Origin: an uncultured Candidatus Saccharibacteria bacterium
GTDB lineage: Bacteria > Patescibacteriota > Minisyncoccia > Phycocordibacterales > PALSA-1337
Length of the DNA: 64,000 nt
Assembly (NCBI GenBank): GCA_964357605.1
Contig: CAYHLX010000001.1
Location: 5,159-69,158, forward strand
Reading direction: 5' to 3'
The notes under the pieces are model-generated. The model was not told the origin of the DNA and made no database searches. It saw nothing but the letters and a program-made list of their open reading frames with translations. Below, in pieces: positions 26,975-37,603 of this stretch. Position numbers and translations under genes: made by a program. Numbering within the stretch: the stretch's first letter is position 1; the number at the start of each line of letters is the position of its first letter.

Positions 26975-28177
26975 ATGAGTTTAAAATTTACCATAGAAAA
27001 AGAACTGACTAATGGAAGGGGTAGAGTGGGGAAGATTGAAACTACTCATGGGGTAATAAATACCCCGGCTTTTATTGTGGTTGGTACCAAAGGAACAGTT
27101 AAAGCACTGACATCAGAACAAGTCTTCTCTCTTGGTACAGAAGCAGTTTTGGCCAATACTTATCATCTTTACTTGCAACCAGGAGAGGGGATCGTGAGAC
27201 AAGCCGGGGGATTACATAAAATGATGAATTGGTCAGGTCCAACCTTTACAGATTCTGGGGGTTTTCAGGCTTTTTCATTGGGAGTAGCTTTTAATAACAA
27301 GGTGGGGAAAATCCAGGAAAGTTCTGATGGGGAAGTTTTTACTCCAGCGAACTTGCCGAATTTTGCGAAAGTGGATGAGGATGGTGTAATATTTAAATCA
27401 ATCATCGACGGCAGTTCTCATCGGTTTACCCCAGAACGCTCAATAGAAATACAGCAGAATATTGGTGCTGATATTATTTTTGCTTTTGATGAATGTACTT
27501 CACCTCATGCCCCATATGTATATCAAAAAGAAGCGATGGAACGTACTCATAGGTGGGCACAGAGGTCTCTAAGTTATCACCGAGCTAATGTAAAAAATTC
27601 CATCAATCCAACCCAGTCAATTTTCGGCATTGTTCAAGGAGGACGCCATGAAGATTTGAGAAAAGAGAGTGCAAAAATAATCGGAAAGATGGATTTTGAT
27701 GGCTTCGGTATCGGGGGTTCTTTTGACAAGGAAGATATCTATACAGCTGTTGGTTGGGTGAATGATATTTTGCCAAAACAAAAACCGAGACATCTTCTCG
27801 GGATTGGTGAGCCCGCGGATATCTTTGGAGGAATAGAGAGTGGTGTAGATACTTTTGATTGTGTTTCGCCTACCCGCATAGCTCGCAACGGCGGTTTGTA
27901 TACGAGAGATGGCCAGATAAATATTCTTAATGCAAAATTTAAGAATGATTTTGAAAAAATAGATGCTCAATGCTTTTGCTACACCTGTTCTCACTATTCT
28001 CATGCCTACCTTTCACATTTATTTAGAGCTAAAGAAATATTGGGATCAACATTGGCGTCAATTCACAACCTTTATTTTATTGTAAATCTAGTCAAAGAAA
28101 TCCGTGTTTCTATGTTGGAGGGAAAGTTTGAGGAATTCAGAAAGAGTTTTTTGGAGAGGTACTATAAAAATAATTAA
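26975..28177 (+). CDS. tgt: Queuine tRNA-ribosyltransferase (tRNA-guanine transglycosylase)
   Basis: 'GRVGKIETTHGVINTPAFIVVGTKGTVKALT', 'DFDGFGIGG', and a zinc site CxCxxC...H ('CFCYTCSHYSHAYLSHL'). Confidence 0.9.
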   Translation: MSLKFTIEKELTNGRGRVGKIETTHGVINTPAFIVVGTKGTVKALTSEQVFSLGTEAVLANTYHLYLQPGEGIVRQAGGLHKMMNWSGPTFTDSGGFQAFSLGVAFNNKVGKIQESSDGEVFTPANLPNFAKVDEDGVIFKSIIDGSSHRFTPERSIEIQQNIGADIIFAFDECTSPHAPYVYQKEAMERTHRWAQRSLSYHRANVKNSINPTQSIFGIVQGGRHEDLRKESAKIIGKMDFDGFGIGGSFDKEDIYTAVGWVNDILPKQKPRHLLGIGEPADIFGGIESGVDTFDCVSPTRIARNGGLYTRDGQINILNAKFKNDFEKIDAQCFCYTCSHYSHAYLSHLFRAKEILGSTLASIHNLYFIVNLVKEIRVSMLEGKFEEFRKSFLERYYKNN

Positions 28178-29172
28178 ATCTCCCTGACCTTATAGTCTCC
28201 TGGCGCTCTAGAAAGCCACCATTCTACTTGTTCTTTGGTTAGAAGCCCTTCTTGTGCGCCGACATATTGAATTACTGACATGGGATTTACTGGTGCCCAA
28301 ACAAAGGCTTCTAGTGGCGATTTTCCCATAATGAGGGCCGAGACGAAAGTAGCTGCAAAAGAGTCTCCACAACCAGTTCTCTCTACTGGAGGTTTGGGGT
28401 CTGGATAGATAGGCATGAAATAGAAGTGTTCACCATCAAGCATGTATGATCCTTTTGGGCCATCAGTAATAATAACGATCTTTGGTCCATAAGCGTGAAG
28501 CTCAGCTAATAACTCTTTTATGTCACTAGATTTTGTATTCAGAATTCTCTGAGCTTCTTCAACATTTACGAAAAATACTTCGGTCCGGATATAAATATCT
28601 TTTAGTTTATTTATACCTAATTTCATTTGGAATGTTCCCGGTTGGAAAGCTAATTTGATTTCTGGATTTATTTTTAACCATTCTGCTATCCTTCCATGAT
28701 AAGCTTCGGTGTTTGAGGCCAGGGAACTCAAATAGACCCACTTGGGAGTTGGAGAAATAGTTGGTAGATGATATTCATACTCCACGTGATTTACGAGAAT
28801 TGTTCTGTCCACATCGTACCAAAGTACAAAGTGATAGTTGGTTGGTTTTTGATCATGTTTTTTTATATAGGTCGTTTTAACATTTTCTTCCTTAAGCTTG
28901 GCTAGGCAATCTGATCCATTTTGGTCATCACCGATATTAGCTACTAAGGAGGATCTTAAGCCTAATCGAGCGGCTACTACAGATGCGTTGGCAGAATTTC
29001 CCACAGCTTTGATAATCTTTACATATTCGAAAGGTACTTTGTCTCCAAATCTCATGCACAGTTCGCATCTTTCTGTATTTAAAATACAATGAACACTAGC
29101 ATCTTCAATCCTAATAAAAGCATCAGTGGTGATATCTCCTATGGCTAGGAAGTCTATAGATTTTTGAAACAT
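28174..29172 (-). CDS. PfkB-family carbohydrate kinase (ribokinase-like)
   Basis: N-terminal 'LAIGDITTDAFI'. C-terminal 'TGCGDSFAATFVSALIMG' is the PfkB anion-hole/GG and DTxGAGD-like signature. Confidence 0.8.
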   Translation of the reverse strand: MFQKSIDFLAIGDITTDAFIRIEDASVHCILNTERCELCMRFGDKVPFEYVKIIKAVGNSANASVVAARLGLRSSLVANIGDDQNGSDCLAKLKEENVKTTYIKKHDQKPTNYHFVLWYDVDRTILVNHVEYEYHLPTISPTPKWVYLSSLASNTEAYHGRIAEWLKINPEIKLAFQPGTFQMKLGINKLKDIYIRTEVFFVNVEEAQRILNTKSSDIKELLAELHAYGPKIVIITDGPKGSYMLDGEHFYFMPIYPDPKPPVERTGCGDSFAATFVSALIMGKSPLEAFVWAPVNPMSVIQYVGAQEGLLTKEQVEWWLSRAPGDYKVREI

Positions 29173-29188
29173 ATGGTAGAATTATAAC

Positions 29189-30055
29189 ATGATTAGAGCT
29201 ATACAAACTTTACAAGAGTGTATAAAGAGTGCCCAAGATAGAAAAGTCGCGATTGGACATTTTAATATTTCAAATATTGAAGGTTTTTGGGCGGTGGTAC
29301 AAGCGGCGAAGGAATTAAAGTTGCCTGTAATCATCGGAGTGTCTGAAGGCGAAAGAGATTTTATGGGAGTACGTGAGATAGCCGCAATGGTTAAGACCTA
29401 TAGAGAATCTACTGGACAATTAGTCTTTCTAAATGCTGATCACACCTACTCTTTTGAAAGGGTTGTGGAAGTAGTAGATGCTGGATATGACTCTGTCATT
29501 TTCGATGGTACAGAGCTTCCTTTGGAAAAAAATATCCAAACAACTAAAAAAAGTCTAGAGTATGCCAAATCAAAAAATCCATCCATTCTCTTTGAGGCAG
29601 AAATAGGTTTCATTGGTAAATCATCAAAAATACTCGATGCTATTCCTGAGGGTGTCGGCCGACTAACTTCTTTAGAAGAAGCTGTAGATTTTGTGAAAGA
29701 GACGGGTGTTGATATGTTGGCTCCAGCTGTTGGAAATGTCCATGGTATAGTCAGGGGCGGAGAGCCAGCTCTCAATATTTCGCTTATAAAAGAAATAAGT
29801 CAAACAGTGGGAATACCACTGGTCTTGCATGGTGCTTCTGGTAATTCAAATGAGGAAGTGATGGCGGCAATAAATGCTGGAATTACTATTGTTCATGTTA
29901 ATACCGAATTACGTGTAGCGTACCGAGCTGGTTTAATAAAATCTCTTCAGGAAAACCCAGACGAAGTAGCTCCTTACAAATATCTGAAAGGTGCCCGTAA
30001 CGCAATGCAAAAAGTGGTGGAAGAAAAATTAAAAGTTTTTAATAAAATGATTTAA
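29189..30055 (+). CDS. fba: Class II fructose/tagatose-bisphosphate aldolase
   Basis: 'VAIGHFNISNIEGFWAVVQAA', 'LNADHTYSFE', 'VIFDGTELPLEKNI', 'EAEIGFIG' and 'LHGASG' are class II aldolase metal-site motifs. Confidence 0.85.
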   Translation: MIRAIQTLQECIKSAQDRKVAIGHFNISNIEGFWAVVQAAKELKLPVIIGVSEGERDFMGVREIAAMVKTYRESTGQLVFLNADHTYSFERVVEVVDAGYDSVIFDGTELPLEKNIQTTKKSLEYAKSKNPSILFEAEIGFIGKSSKILDAIPEGVGRLTSLEEAVDFVKETGVDMLAPAVGNVHGIVRGGEPALNISLIKEISQTVGIPLVLHGASGNSNEEVMAAINAGITIVHVNTELRVAYRAGLIKSLQENPDEVAPYKYLKGARNAMQKVVEEKLKVFNKMI

Positions 30056-30067
30056 AGAAAGTAAATT

Positions 30068-31036
30068 ATGAAAAATGTTTTTGTCACGAGAAGAATTCCG
30101 GCCATAGGCATCAAAATGCTTATTGATAAGGGGTATTCAGTTTATATTGGTACGAAAGATCGCCCCATGAACAAAAAAGAGTTGATCCGAGCTTTACAGA
30201 AGAGACCGTACGAGGCAGTTCTTACTTTGTTAACTGATATTATCGATAAAGATGTGATGAATTCTGCTCCAAGTGTAAAGATTTATGCAAATTATGCAAT
30301 CGGTTTCAATAATATTGACATAGCAGAAGCTCAGAAAAGGAATATTTTTGTAACCAACACTCCTGGTGGTGGTGCCGATAGAGTGGCTGAGCATGCTTGG
30401 GCACTAATCTTGGCTTTGAGTTGTAGAGTTGTAGAGGGTGATGTGTATGTAAAAAAAGGTAAATATAAGGGTTGGGATCCAATGCTACTGCACGGTACAA
30501 AGTTAGCTGGAAAGACACTCGGGATAATTGGTACTGGCAAAATTGGTTCGGATGTGGCCCATCGTGGCAAGAATGGTTTTGGTATGAATATCGTTTATTA
30601 TGATATAAAAAGAAATGAACAGTTAGAAAAGGATTTTGGGGCCGTATTTTATGAAAATCTTGAAGAAGTTCTAAAAATTTCTGACGTTGTTTCTCTACAT
30701 GTACCACTTCTTGAATCTACTCATCACCTGATAAATTGGGAAAGGTTAAAAATGATGAAACCATCAGCGTATCTTATAAATACCTCCAGAGGCCCTGTTG
30801 TGGATGAGAAGGCTCTAGTCGAAGCTTTAAAGCACGATCTTATAAAAGGTGCTGGACTTGATGTTTTTGAGTTTGAACCAAAGCTTGCAAAGGGCTTAGC
30901 TAAGCTCTCAAATGTTGTTTTGACTCCACACATAGCTTCTGGAACAGATGAAGCTCGTCACGAAATGGCCGTACTTTCTGCTACTAATGTTATTGACACC
31001 CTTGAGGGTAGACAGCCAAAAAACATGGTATACTAA
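30068..31036 (+). CDS. D-isomer-specific 2-hydroxyacid dehydrogenase (glyoxylate/hydroxypyruvate reductase or PGDH-like)
   Basis: NAD-binding 'LGIIGTGKIGSDVA', 'LINTSRGPVVDEKAL' and a catalytic 'HIASGT' region. Confidence 0.85.
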   Translation: MKNVFVTRRIPAIGIKMLIDKGYSVYIGTKDRPMNKKELIRALQKRPYEAVLTLLTDIIDKDVMNSAPSVKIYANYAIGFNNIDIAEAQKRNIFVTNTPGGGADRVAEHAWALILALSCRVVEGDVYVKKGKYKGWDPMLLHGTKLAGKTLGIIGTGKIGSDVAHRGKNGFGMNIVYYDIKRNEQLEKDFGAVFYENLEEVLKISDVVSLHVPLLESTHHLINWERLKMMKPSAYLINTSRGPVVDEKALVEALKHDLIKGAGLDVFEFEPKLAKGLAKLSNVVLTPHIASGTDEARHEMAVLSATNVIDTLEGRQPKNMVY

Positions 31037-31044
31037 ATATATAT

Positions 31045-31281
31045 ATGAGTAACGGAGTAGAATTTGAAGAAGATAAGTATGGTCTGGGTGGACAAATGAA
31101 TGCCCAACAGCGTTTTGTGCCAGGTCAGTCTGGAGGTACGTCTGCATCGAGTTCTAAAATGGCTCGATGGTTGATAAATAAAGGTATTGTCAAATCAGAC
31201 TCCGGTGCACAGATTATACTAATCATTGTTGTAATTATTAACATAATCGTCACTTTTTTCGTGATAAAATATTTTATATGA
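31045..31281 (+). CDS. Small protein with C-terminal transmembrane segment
   Basis: 78 aa ending 'IILIIVVIINIIVTFFVIKYFI'. No homology recognised. Confidence 0.4.
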   Translation: MSNGVEFEEDKYGLGGQMNAQQRFVPGQSGGTSASSSKMARWLINKGIVKSDSGAQIILIIVVIINIIVTFFVIKYFI

Positions 31282-31298
31282 AAGGACAAGTTCAGAAA

Positions 31299-31385
31299 AT
31301 GTCAAAATCCGTCTACTTTCTTCTGGTTGTTGTGATCATTATTAATATCGTTGTCACTTATGTGATGATTCGTTATTTTGTCTAA
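31299..31385 (+). CDS. Tiny 28-aa hydrophobic peptide, paralogous to the C-terminal TM of 31045..31281
   Basis: Manual translation gives MSKSVYFLLVVVIIINIVVTYVMIRYFV*, compared with ...IILIIVVIINIIVTFFVIKYFI* for the upstream gene. It is not in the ORF track because it is under 60 aa. Confidence 0.3.
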   Translation: MSKSVYFLLVVVIIINIVVTYVMIRYFV

Positions 31386-31395
31386 ATCTATACCC

Positions 31396-32283
31396 ATGAA
31401 AAAAAACTTAAAAACAAGAGGCTTTACTTTGATTGAGCTTCTAGTAGTGATTTCAATCATCGGCATGATGTCCTCTGTGGTACTCGCAGCCGTTAATAAC
31501 GCTCGAAAAAGTGGCAGTGTTGCCGCTGGTCTCAGTTTTAGTGGGTATAATTATAGAACAATGGGAGATTTAGCCTTTGGTTTTTGGGATTTCAATGAAC
31601 CAAATGGAACCACTGCCTATGATTTGTCAGAAAATAGATTCAATGCAACCTTCGCTGTTCCTGGGCCAACTAGAGATACAGCAGAAAAACCATCAAAGAG
31701 AGGTGCTTCGATGAATTTTACTGGAACAAACAATAACTTGGTAGCCACTATTAGTTCACAAAAGAATCTCTGTAATAATATAAATACTGTGGATGGTTGC
31801 AATTCTTCTACTGTGAGTGCTTGGGTCTGGCCTACTAGTGTCAGTAATCAAGGAACTATAATTGATACGGGTACCCCTGCAATTAGAAGTGTAAGGATGT
31901 TATTTTCTGCTACTGCTGGATCTGTGGTTTGTGGATATGGTAACGTCTTAGTCACTTTTTCTGAAGCCCTTGTCAAGGTAGGAGAATGGCAACATCTCAC
32001 TTGTTCGTATACTGGAAATGGCACGACAGGTAAGATGACATTCTATCTAAATGGAAAAATGATTATTTCAAAAACATTAAACGTATCATTAGCTGATCTT
32101 TCTAGGTTAATACCGTCTGTGACAATAGGAAATTATCCTGGTGGTGGTGCGGCAAACCTCCCCTTCATCTTTAATGGTAAAATGGATGATGTAGCTATAT
32201 ATGGTAAAGTTCTCACTGCTCTAGAGATTAGACACATCTATGCTAGAGGTTTAGCTGAACACTCTATTGCTAGGGCTGAATAA
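31396..32283 (+). CDS. Type IV pilin-like protein with LamG-type C-terminal domain
   Basis: '[35 protein letters not shown]' is a canonical prepilin (G-1/F+1, E+5). C-terminal 'GKMDDVAIYGKVLTALEIRHIY'. ATG 31396 is preferred over the track's TTG at 31378. Confidence 0.65.
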   Translation: MKKNLKTRGFTLIELLVVISIIGMMSSVVLAAVNNARKSGSVAAGLSFSGYNYRTMGDLAFGFWDFNEPNGTTAYDLSENRFNATFAVPGPTRDTAEKPSKRGASMNFTGTNNNLVATISSQKNLCNNINTVDGCNSSTVSAWVWPTSVSNQGTIIDTGTPAIRSVRMLFSATAGSVVCGYGNVLVTFSEALVKVGEWQHLTCSYTGNGTTGKMTFYLNGKMIISKTLNVSLADLSRLIPSVTIGNYPGGGAANLPFIFNGKMDDVAIYGKVLTALEIRHIYARGLAEHSIARAE

Positions 32284-32341
32284 TCATTCCCCCTCTACAT
32301 CTACTTGATTTTTAAACCACCCTATAGTAAAGTATGCTCCT

Positions 32342-33001
32342 ATGATTAGTTTAACTGTAGAAAAGAGAGACTCAAAGGTTAAAGTAGATGTCCTGAGAAA
32401 ACAAGGCAAAGTGCCTGCTGTTTTCTATGGACCAAAACAGAAGTCCTCTTCTGTTTATGTCTCCATGAAAGATTTCGTCAAAGTCTGGAAAAAGGCCGGT
32501 GAATCTTCAGTTATTATCCTTAAAGACGGAGAAACAGAACACGAAGCTCTAATACACGAAATAGACATTCATCCTATAACCGGAGTTCCGCGCCACGCCG
32601 ATTTTTATGTGATAGAAAAAGGAAAAAAAGTAAGAGTCCATGTACCACTTATTTTTGATGGAGTTTCTTCAGCTGTAAAGGATCAAGGAGGAATACTTAT
32701 CAAGGTGATGCGTGAGCTTGAGATTGAAGCCACACCCAAAGACTTACCATATGAGTTAAAAGTAGATCTTTCTCTACTTATAGATATCTCTAGTGTGATC
32801 ACAGCGAAGGAGATAAAAATCCCTGCCAATGTCACACTCATTGCCAAACCAGATGAAATCGTCGCATCTATTGCATTGGCCAAAGAAGAAGTAGAAGAAG
32901 TCAAACCAGTAGATATGTCTGCTATCGAAGTAGAAAAGAAGGGTAAAGAAGCTAAAGAGGGAGAAGAGGTAGTAGCTCCAGAAGCAGAAGCAAAAAAATA
33001 G
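32342..33001 (+). CDS. rplY: 50S ribosomal protein L25 (general stress protein Ctc form)
   Basis: 'LTVEKRDSKVKVDVLRKQGKVPAVFYG' plus a beta-barrel and an acidic/K-rich C-terminal tail. Confidence 0.85.
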   Translation: MISLTVEKRDSKVKVDVLRKQGKVPAVFYGPKQKSSSVYVSMKDFVKVWKKAGESSVIILKDGETEHEALIHEIDIHPITGVPRHADFYVIEKGKKVRVHVPLIFDGVSSAVKDQGGILIKVMRELEIEATPKDLPYELKVDLSLLIDISSVITAKEIKIPANVTLIAKPDEIVASIALAKEEVEEVKPVDMSAIEVEKKGKEAKEGEEVVAPEAEAKK

Positions 33002-33018
33002 TGATAGAATAAGGAGAC

Positions 33019-34380
33019 ATGCTGACTAAGCATTCAATCCAGAAGTTTTTCATTTTGCTTATATTTTCAAGTATAGTTTTTTCGCCTTTTATGGCTCATG
33101 GTCAAATTACTGAGACTCCAGATCAAAAACAGACTAGATTGGAAGCAGAATTAGCGCAGGTAGAGGCAGAACAGAGAGAAACTCAAAAAGTTCTTTCCGC
33201 TGCCCAAAACCAGTCGTCCTCACTTAAAAGAGATATTCTCATCCTAGATACCAAGATCAAAGCGGCTGAGCTCAATATAAGGGCAAAGAACCTACTCATA
33301 GAGAGTTTAGGAAAAGATATTAATAAAAAGCAGGAGACCATAGAAGGTCTATTGGAAAGAATTGAAAAAGGCCAGGAGACTTTAGCTCAGATTATGAGAA
33401 AGACTAATGAAGTAGACACAGTGACTCTACCAGAGATTATCTTGTCTAATGAAAATTTGACCCATGTATTTTATGATCTTGATTCTTTTGAATCAGTCCA
33501 GCTATCATTACAGAAGACTTTTGAAGAGATACGTACAGTAAAATCACAAACAGAAACAGAGAAAGATGCTCTTGATAAAAGAAAAGGCCAAGAACAAGAT
33601 GCTAGGTTGACTATTCAGCAAGAAAAGAGAAATATTGCTAATGATCAGATTGAAAAACAACGCTTACTTAATATTAGTAAAAATAATGAGCAGACATATT
33701 CTCAAGTCTTAGAAGAAAAACAGAGGAAGGCTGCTCAAATTAGGGCCGCGCTATTTGCCTTGAGGGATACGGCCGCAATTCCTTTCGGTGATGCTTTGAA
33801 ATATGCCAATGAGGCGGCTAAGATGACTGGTATTCGTCCGGCTTTTCTCTTGGCTATTTTGACTCAAGAATCGTCTCTGGGGGCAAATGTTGGCTCGTGC
33901 TATTTGGTTGATACGAAGACTGGTACTGGTTCTGGAGTAAAGACTGGAAATACGATCAAAAAGGTTATGAATCCAACACGCGATGTACCGCCTTTTCTAA
34001 CTATTACCAAGGAACTAGGATTAGATCATACAAAGACACTCGTTTCCTGTCCTCAGTCTGTTGGTTGGGGTGGCGCAATGGGTCCAGCACAGTTCATTCC
34101 TTCTACCTGGATGCTTTTTAAAGAGAGGATTGCTAAAGCGGTAGGCACAAGTATTCCAAATCCATGGTCGCCAAAAGATGCTTTCATGGCTTCGGCTATC
34201 TACCTTACTGATCTAGGAGCGATAAATGGTAGTTATAATGGTGAACAAAATGCTGCCTGTCGATATTATTCAGGAAGATCTTGTAGTTCATCATCTCTAA
34301 TCAAGTCTTATGGTACATCAGTCATGACAAAAGCAAACAATATTCAAAAGAACATGATTGATCCATTACAAGGATTATGA
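33019..34380 (+). CDS. Secreted coiled-coil protein with C-terminal lytic transglycosylase (lysozyme-like/SLT) domain
   Basis: Signal peptide, about 230 aa of heptad-rich coiled coil, then 'AFLLAILTQESSLGANVG...GAMGPAQFIPSTW' (E-S-S catalytic motif and the GxMQ-like motif of family-1 lytic transglycosylases). Confidence 0.55.
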   Translation: MLTKHSIQKFFILLIFSSIVFSPFMAHGQITETPDQKQTRLEAELAQVEAEQRETQKVLSAAQNQSSSLKRDILILDTKIKAAELNIRAKNLLIESLGKDINKKQETIEGLLERIEKGQETLAQIMRKTNEVDTVTLPEIILSNENLTHVFYDLDSFESVQLSLQKTFEEIRTVKSQTETEKDALDKRKGQEQDARLTIQQEKRNIANDQIEKQRLLNISKNNEQTYSQVLEEKQRKAAQIRAALFALRDTAAIPFGDALKYANEAAKMTGIRPAFLLAILTQESSLGANVGSCYLVDTKTGTGSGVKTGNTIKKVMNPTRDVPPFLTITKELGLDHTKTLVSCPQSVGWGGAMGPAQFIPSTWMLFKERIAKAVGTSIPNPWSPKDAFMASAIYLTDLGAINGSYNGEQNAACRYYSGRSCSSSSLIKSYGTSVMTKANNIQKNMIDPLQGL

Positions 34381-34387
34381 TAGATGA

Positions 34388-34987
34388 TTAGGGATTTTGA
34401 AAACAACCCTTTGGTTTTGTTACATCATATGACAATCCTACACCATAGGTATAACCAGATGCTTCACTGGATCCAGAACTACCCACACAAAAATAACCAT
34501 TTTTACCAGGAAGATAAGCACCGATGGATAAATGATTTTTACCACCACCAGGACTATTGAGGGGTGCACCTATAACTAGCTGGTTTGAAATTGTGTTGTT
34601 ACCGATAGTGCTGATGATTTTTTCGCATATCCTAGAAGCTTCTGGGTTTGCGACCCTAATTGCCGAGGTGAATACTTCAGAACATGAAGTACCATCATTA
34701 TCTATGTAACAATAAAAACTAAAGTTATCACCAGAACCAGAATAGGAGCATCCATTTAAATATGGTGGTGGAGGTCTCATTTGCCAATTTTCATAATTTC
34801 CTTTTTCTGCATAGGTGCCCTGAAAGAGTAATCTCAATTGCAACATACTGGTTTTGATCGCGGCATCTTTTGATTTTAATCTTGCGGTATTTACTGAGGC
34901 GAGAACAACACTAGACATCATGCCAATGATTGAGATGACGACGAGAAGTTCTATAAGAGTAAAACCTTTTTTGTCTGACCACTTCAT
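34388..34987 (-). CDS. Type IV pilin-like protein
   Basis: '[46 protein letters not shown]'. Confidence 0.7.
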   Translation of the reverse strand: MKWSDKKGFTLIELLVVISIIGMMSSVVLASVNTARLKSKDAAIKTSMLQLRLLFQGTYAEKGNYENWQMRPPPPYLNGCSYSGSGDNFSFYCYIDNDGTSCSEVFTSAIRVANPEASRICEKIISTIGNNTISNQLVIGAPLNSPGGGKNHLSIGAYLPGKNGYFCVGSSGSSEASGYTYGVGLSYDVTKPKGCFQNP

Positions 34988-35049
34988 AGTTTAATGGTAC
35001 CATAGATCTTTTGTTGCAAAAATAGGTCTTATTTGTTATATTTCCATCT

Positions 35050-35313
35050 ATGAAGAAAGATATCCACCCAAAGGAATATAGACCAGTAGTTTTCGTTGAT
35101 AACTCAAACGGAGCGCAGTTTCTCATTTCCTCAACTATCAAATCAACCGAAAAAATAAAATGGACAGATGGCAAAGAATACCCGGCTGTGCATGTTGAAA
35201 TTTCTAGCGCTTCTCACCCTTTTTATACCAACCAGGAGAAGACTCTAGATAGTGCCGGTAGAGTAGAAAAATTCAAGTCTCGCCAAGCCAAAGCCACCAA
35301 GAAAAAGGCTTAG
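35050..35313 (+). CDS. rpmE: 50S ribosomal protein L31
   Basis: '[17 protein letters not shown]...HPFYTNQEK' plus a K-rich tail. Confidence 0.85.
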   Translation: MKKDIHPKEYRPVVFVDNSNGAQFLISSTIKSTEKIKWTDGKEYPAVHVEISSASHPFYTNQEKTLDSAGRVEKFKSRQAKATKKKA

Positions 35314-36243
35314 ATGAATCTAGAAGAACTAAAGAAAAACCACACCACCGCTTATTTGGCGGAGCAGTACGAATCACTTTTGAAACAAGAAAAGGATCTT
35401 TTGGCTATGGCCGAGAAGGACCCATCCATGAAAGAGCTTATTCAATCAGAAATTCTAACTCTGGCAGATCAGAAGAAGTCAATTGAAGCTCAAGCTCAAG
35501 CCTTCCTAGATTCACAAAAAGAAGAATTAGAGTATCCGACAGAATTGATTTTGGAAATTAGGGCGGGTGCTGGTGGAGATGAGGCCGCTCTGTTTGCTGA
35601 AGAGATTTTGCAGATGTACAAGAGATATGCCGAGACACGTGGCTGGTCAGCCAAGATTATTGAAGACTTAACCTTGGAAATAAAAGGAAAAGAAGCCTAC
35701 ACCGCCTTAAAATATGAAACTGGGGTTCATCGGGTCCAGAGAATACCTGAAACAGAGAAAATGGGACGAGTCCATACTTCTACAGTAACTGTAGCTATTT
35801 TGCCTATTAGGAAAAAAATTACCCTGGATGTTCCTCCAACCGATCTTCATATTGAAACTTCACGAGCGGGCGGAAAAGGAGGTCAGAACGTCAATAAAGT
35901 AGAAACTGCGGTTAGGATCGTGCATATCCCAACCGGTCTTGATGTGAGAGCGACCAACGAGAGAAGTCAGTCAGCCAATAAGGAAAGAGCCATGACTATC
36001 CTTATGGCCAAATTACAAGCTTTAAAGGAGGAGGAAGAGGCCAAGAAATTTAATGCTGATAAGAAAGGACAGATTGGCACAGGGGATAGATCAGAGAAGA
36101 TTCGTACCTACAACTTTCCCCAGGATCGTATCACAGACCATCGGGTAAAGGAGTCTTGGAGTAATATCCACAATATTCTTCTGGGGAAGCTTGACCCTAT
36201 CATTGACCATTTGGCCGAGTTTGAGAAGAATTTGCAAAAATAA
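35314..36243 (+). CDS. prfA: Peptide chain release factor 1 (short N-terminus)
   Basis: GGQ motif '[26 protein letters not shown]'. The codon-recognition tripeptide region '[25 protein letters not shown]' is of P-x-T (RF1) type. Confidence 0.8.
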   Translation: MNLEELKKNHTTAYLAEQYESLLKQEKDLLAMAEKDPSMKELIQSEILTLADQKKSIEAQAQAFLDSQKEELEYPTELILEIRAGAGGDEAALFAEEILQMYKRYAETRGWSAKIIEDLTLEIKGKEAYTALKYETGVHRVQRIPETEKMGRVHTSTVTVAILPIRKKITLDVPPTDLHIETSRAGGKGGQNVNKVETAVRIVHIPTGLDVRATNERSQSANKERAMTILMAKLQALKEEEEAKKFNADKKGQIGTGDRSEKIRTYNFPQDRITDHRVKESWSNIHNILLGKLDPIIDHLAEFEKNLQK

Positions 36244-36276
36244 GCCTTATTTGTTACACTCCTCTTTACCTTAATT

Positions 36277-36984
36277 ATGTCATCAATAACCCCCAAAACA
36301 GCGAACAAACCTCAAATTGACAGTATGTTCAACGCCGGAGCTCACTTCGCTTTCTCTCGTTCACGCAGACATCCTACCGTTTCCCCATATATCTTCGGGG
36401 TAAAAAATAAAGTAGAAATATTTGATTTAGAAAAAACAGAATCTTTGCTCGGTATTGCAAAGGATTTTATAAAGTCTATGGCCAAGGAAGGGAAAGTCAT
36501 TCTTCTTGTCGGAGGAAAGAGTGAAGCGAGAAATGCTGTTAAAAACGGGGCTATGTCCATAAATATGCCTTTTGTAGATGGAAGATGGATAGGAGGAACT
36601 CTAACCAACTTTGGTCAGATCAGAAAAAGAGTGGAAAAGATGGAAAAACTAGTTTCCGAGAAGGAAAAAGGTGAACTATCAAAGTACACAAAGAAGGAGA
36701 GACTTCTTATTGACCGAGAAATCGCTAACCTAGAAAGATTTTTCTCTGGAATCGTTTCTATGAAAGAACTACCAAAAGCTTTGTTTGTGATAGATTCCAA
36801 GAAAGAGAAAAATGCCGTAAAAGAGGCTCAAGATATGGGTATTCCTGTCATTGCCCTTACCGGTTCCGATTGCAATCTTAAAGAGGTAACCTACCCTATT
36901 GTCGGAAATGATGCCTCCCAGACTAGTATTCAATTCTTTGTTAATGAGATCACCAAGGCCTATTCAGAAGGCAAGAAAGTGTAG
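36277..36984 (+). CDS. rpsB: 30S ribosomal protein S2
   Basis: 'MFNAGAHFAFSRSRRHPTVSPYIFG', 'ILLVGGKSEARNAV' and 'VDGRWIGGTLTNF'. Confidence 0.9.
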   Translation: MSSITPKTANKPQIDSMFNAGAHFAFSRSRRHPTVSPYIFGVKNKVEIFDLEKTESLLGIAKDFIKSMAKEGKVILLVGGKSEARNAVKNGAMSINMPFVDGRWIGGTLTNFGQIRKRVEKMEKLVSEKEKGELSKYTKKERLLIDREIANLERFFSGIVSMKELPKALFVIDSKKEKNAVKEAQDMGIPVIALTGSDCNLKEVTYPIVGNDASQTSIQFFVNEITKAYSEGKKV

Positions 36985-36998
36985 TATAATGTGAGTCT

Positions 36999-37586
36999 AT
37001 GATTACCACAGAACAAATCAAAGATTTGCGTGATCAGACAGGCGTGTCGATCATGCAGTGTAAGAAGGCTCTAGAAGAAGCCAAGGGCGATATTGAGAAA
37101 GCTTTAGTCATACTTAGAAAAAAGAGCGGGGAACTAGCTGCCAAGAAGACAGACAGGACTTTTGGCGCTGGGACTGTGCAAGCATATATTCACTCTACAG
37201 GTAATGTCGGAAGTATGGTCGTCCTGATGTGCGAAACAGACTTTGTCTCAGGGAATGATGAGTTCAAGGCTCTCGCTCGCGATATTGCGATGCATATTAC
37301 CGCGACCAATCCTAAATTTTTGAGAAAGGAAGATATAAATGAGGCAGCTCGCGCTACTGCCAAGGAAGTCTTTGCCAATGAGGTCAAGGATAAGCCAAAG
37401 GACATGCAAGAAAAGATTCTGGAGGGTAAACTCTCCACTTATTTCAGCGAGATGGTGCTCTTGGACCAACCTTTCATCAAAAACCCAGAAATGACCATCC
37501 AGAACCTTATTGATAATGCTGTACTGAAATTTGGAGAAAAAATTGCTATAGATCGCTTCAATAGATTTGCTACTCTAGAAAAATAA
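36999..37586 (+). CDS. tsf: Elongation factor Ts
   Basis: 'IKDLRDQTGVSIMQCKKALEEAKGDIEKAL' (UBA-like N-terminus), 'GKLSTYFSEMVLLDQPFIK'. It directly follows rpsB. Confidence 0.9.
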   Translation: MITTEQIKDLRDQTGVSIMQCKKALEEAKGDIEKALVILRKKSGELAAKKTDRTFGAGTVQAYIHSTGNVGSMVVLMCETDFVSGNDEFKALARDIAMHITATNPKFLRKEDINEAARATAKEVFANEVKDKPKDMQEKILEGKLSTYFSEMVLLDQPFIKNPEMTIQNLIDNAVLKFGEKIAIDRFNRFATLEK

Positions 37587-37603
37587 TTTTTTCTAACTAT
37601 TTT

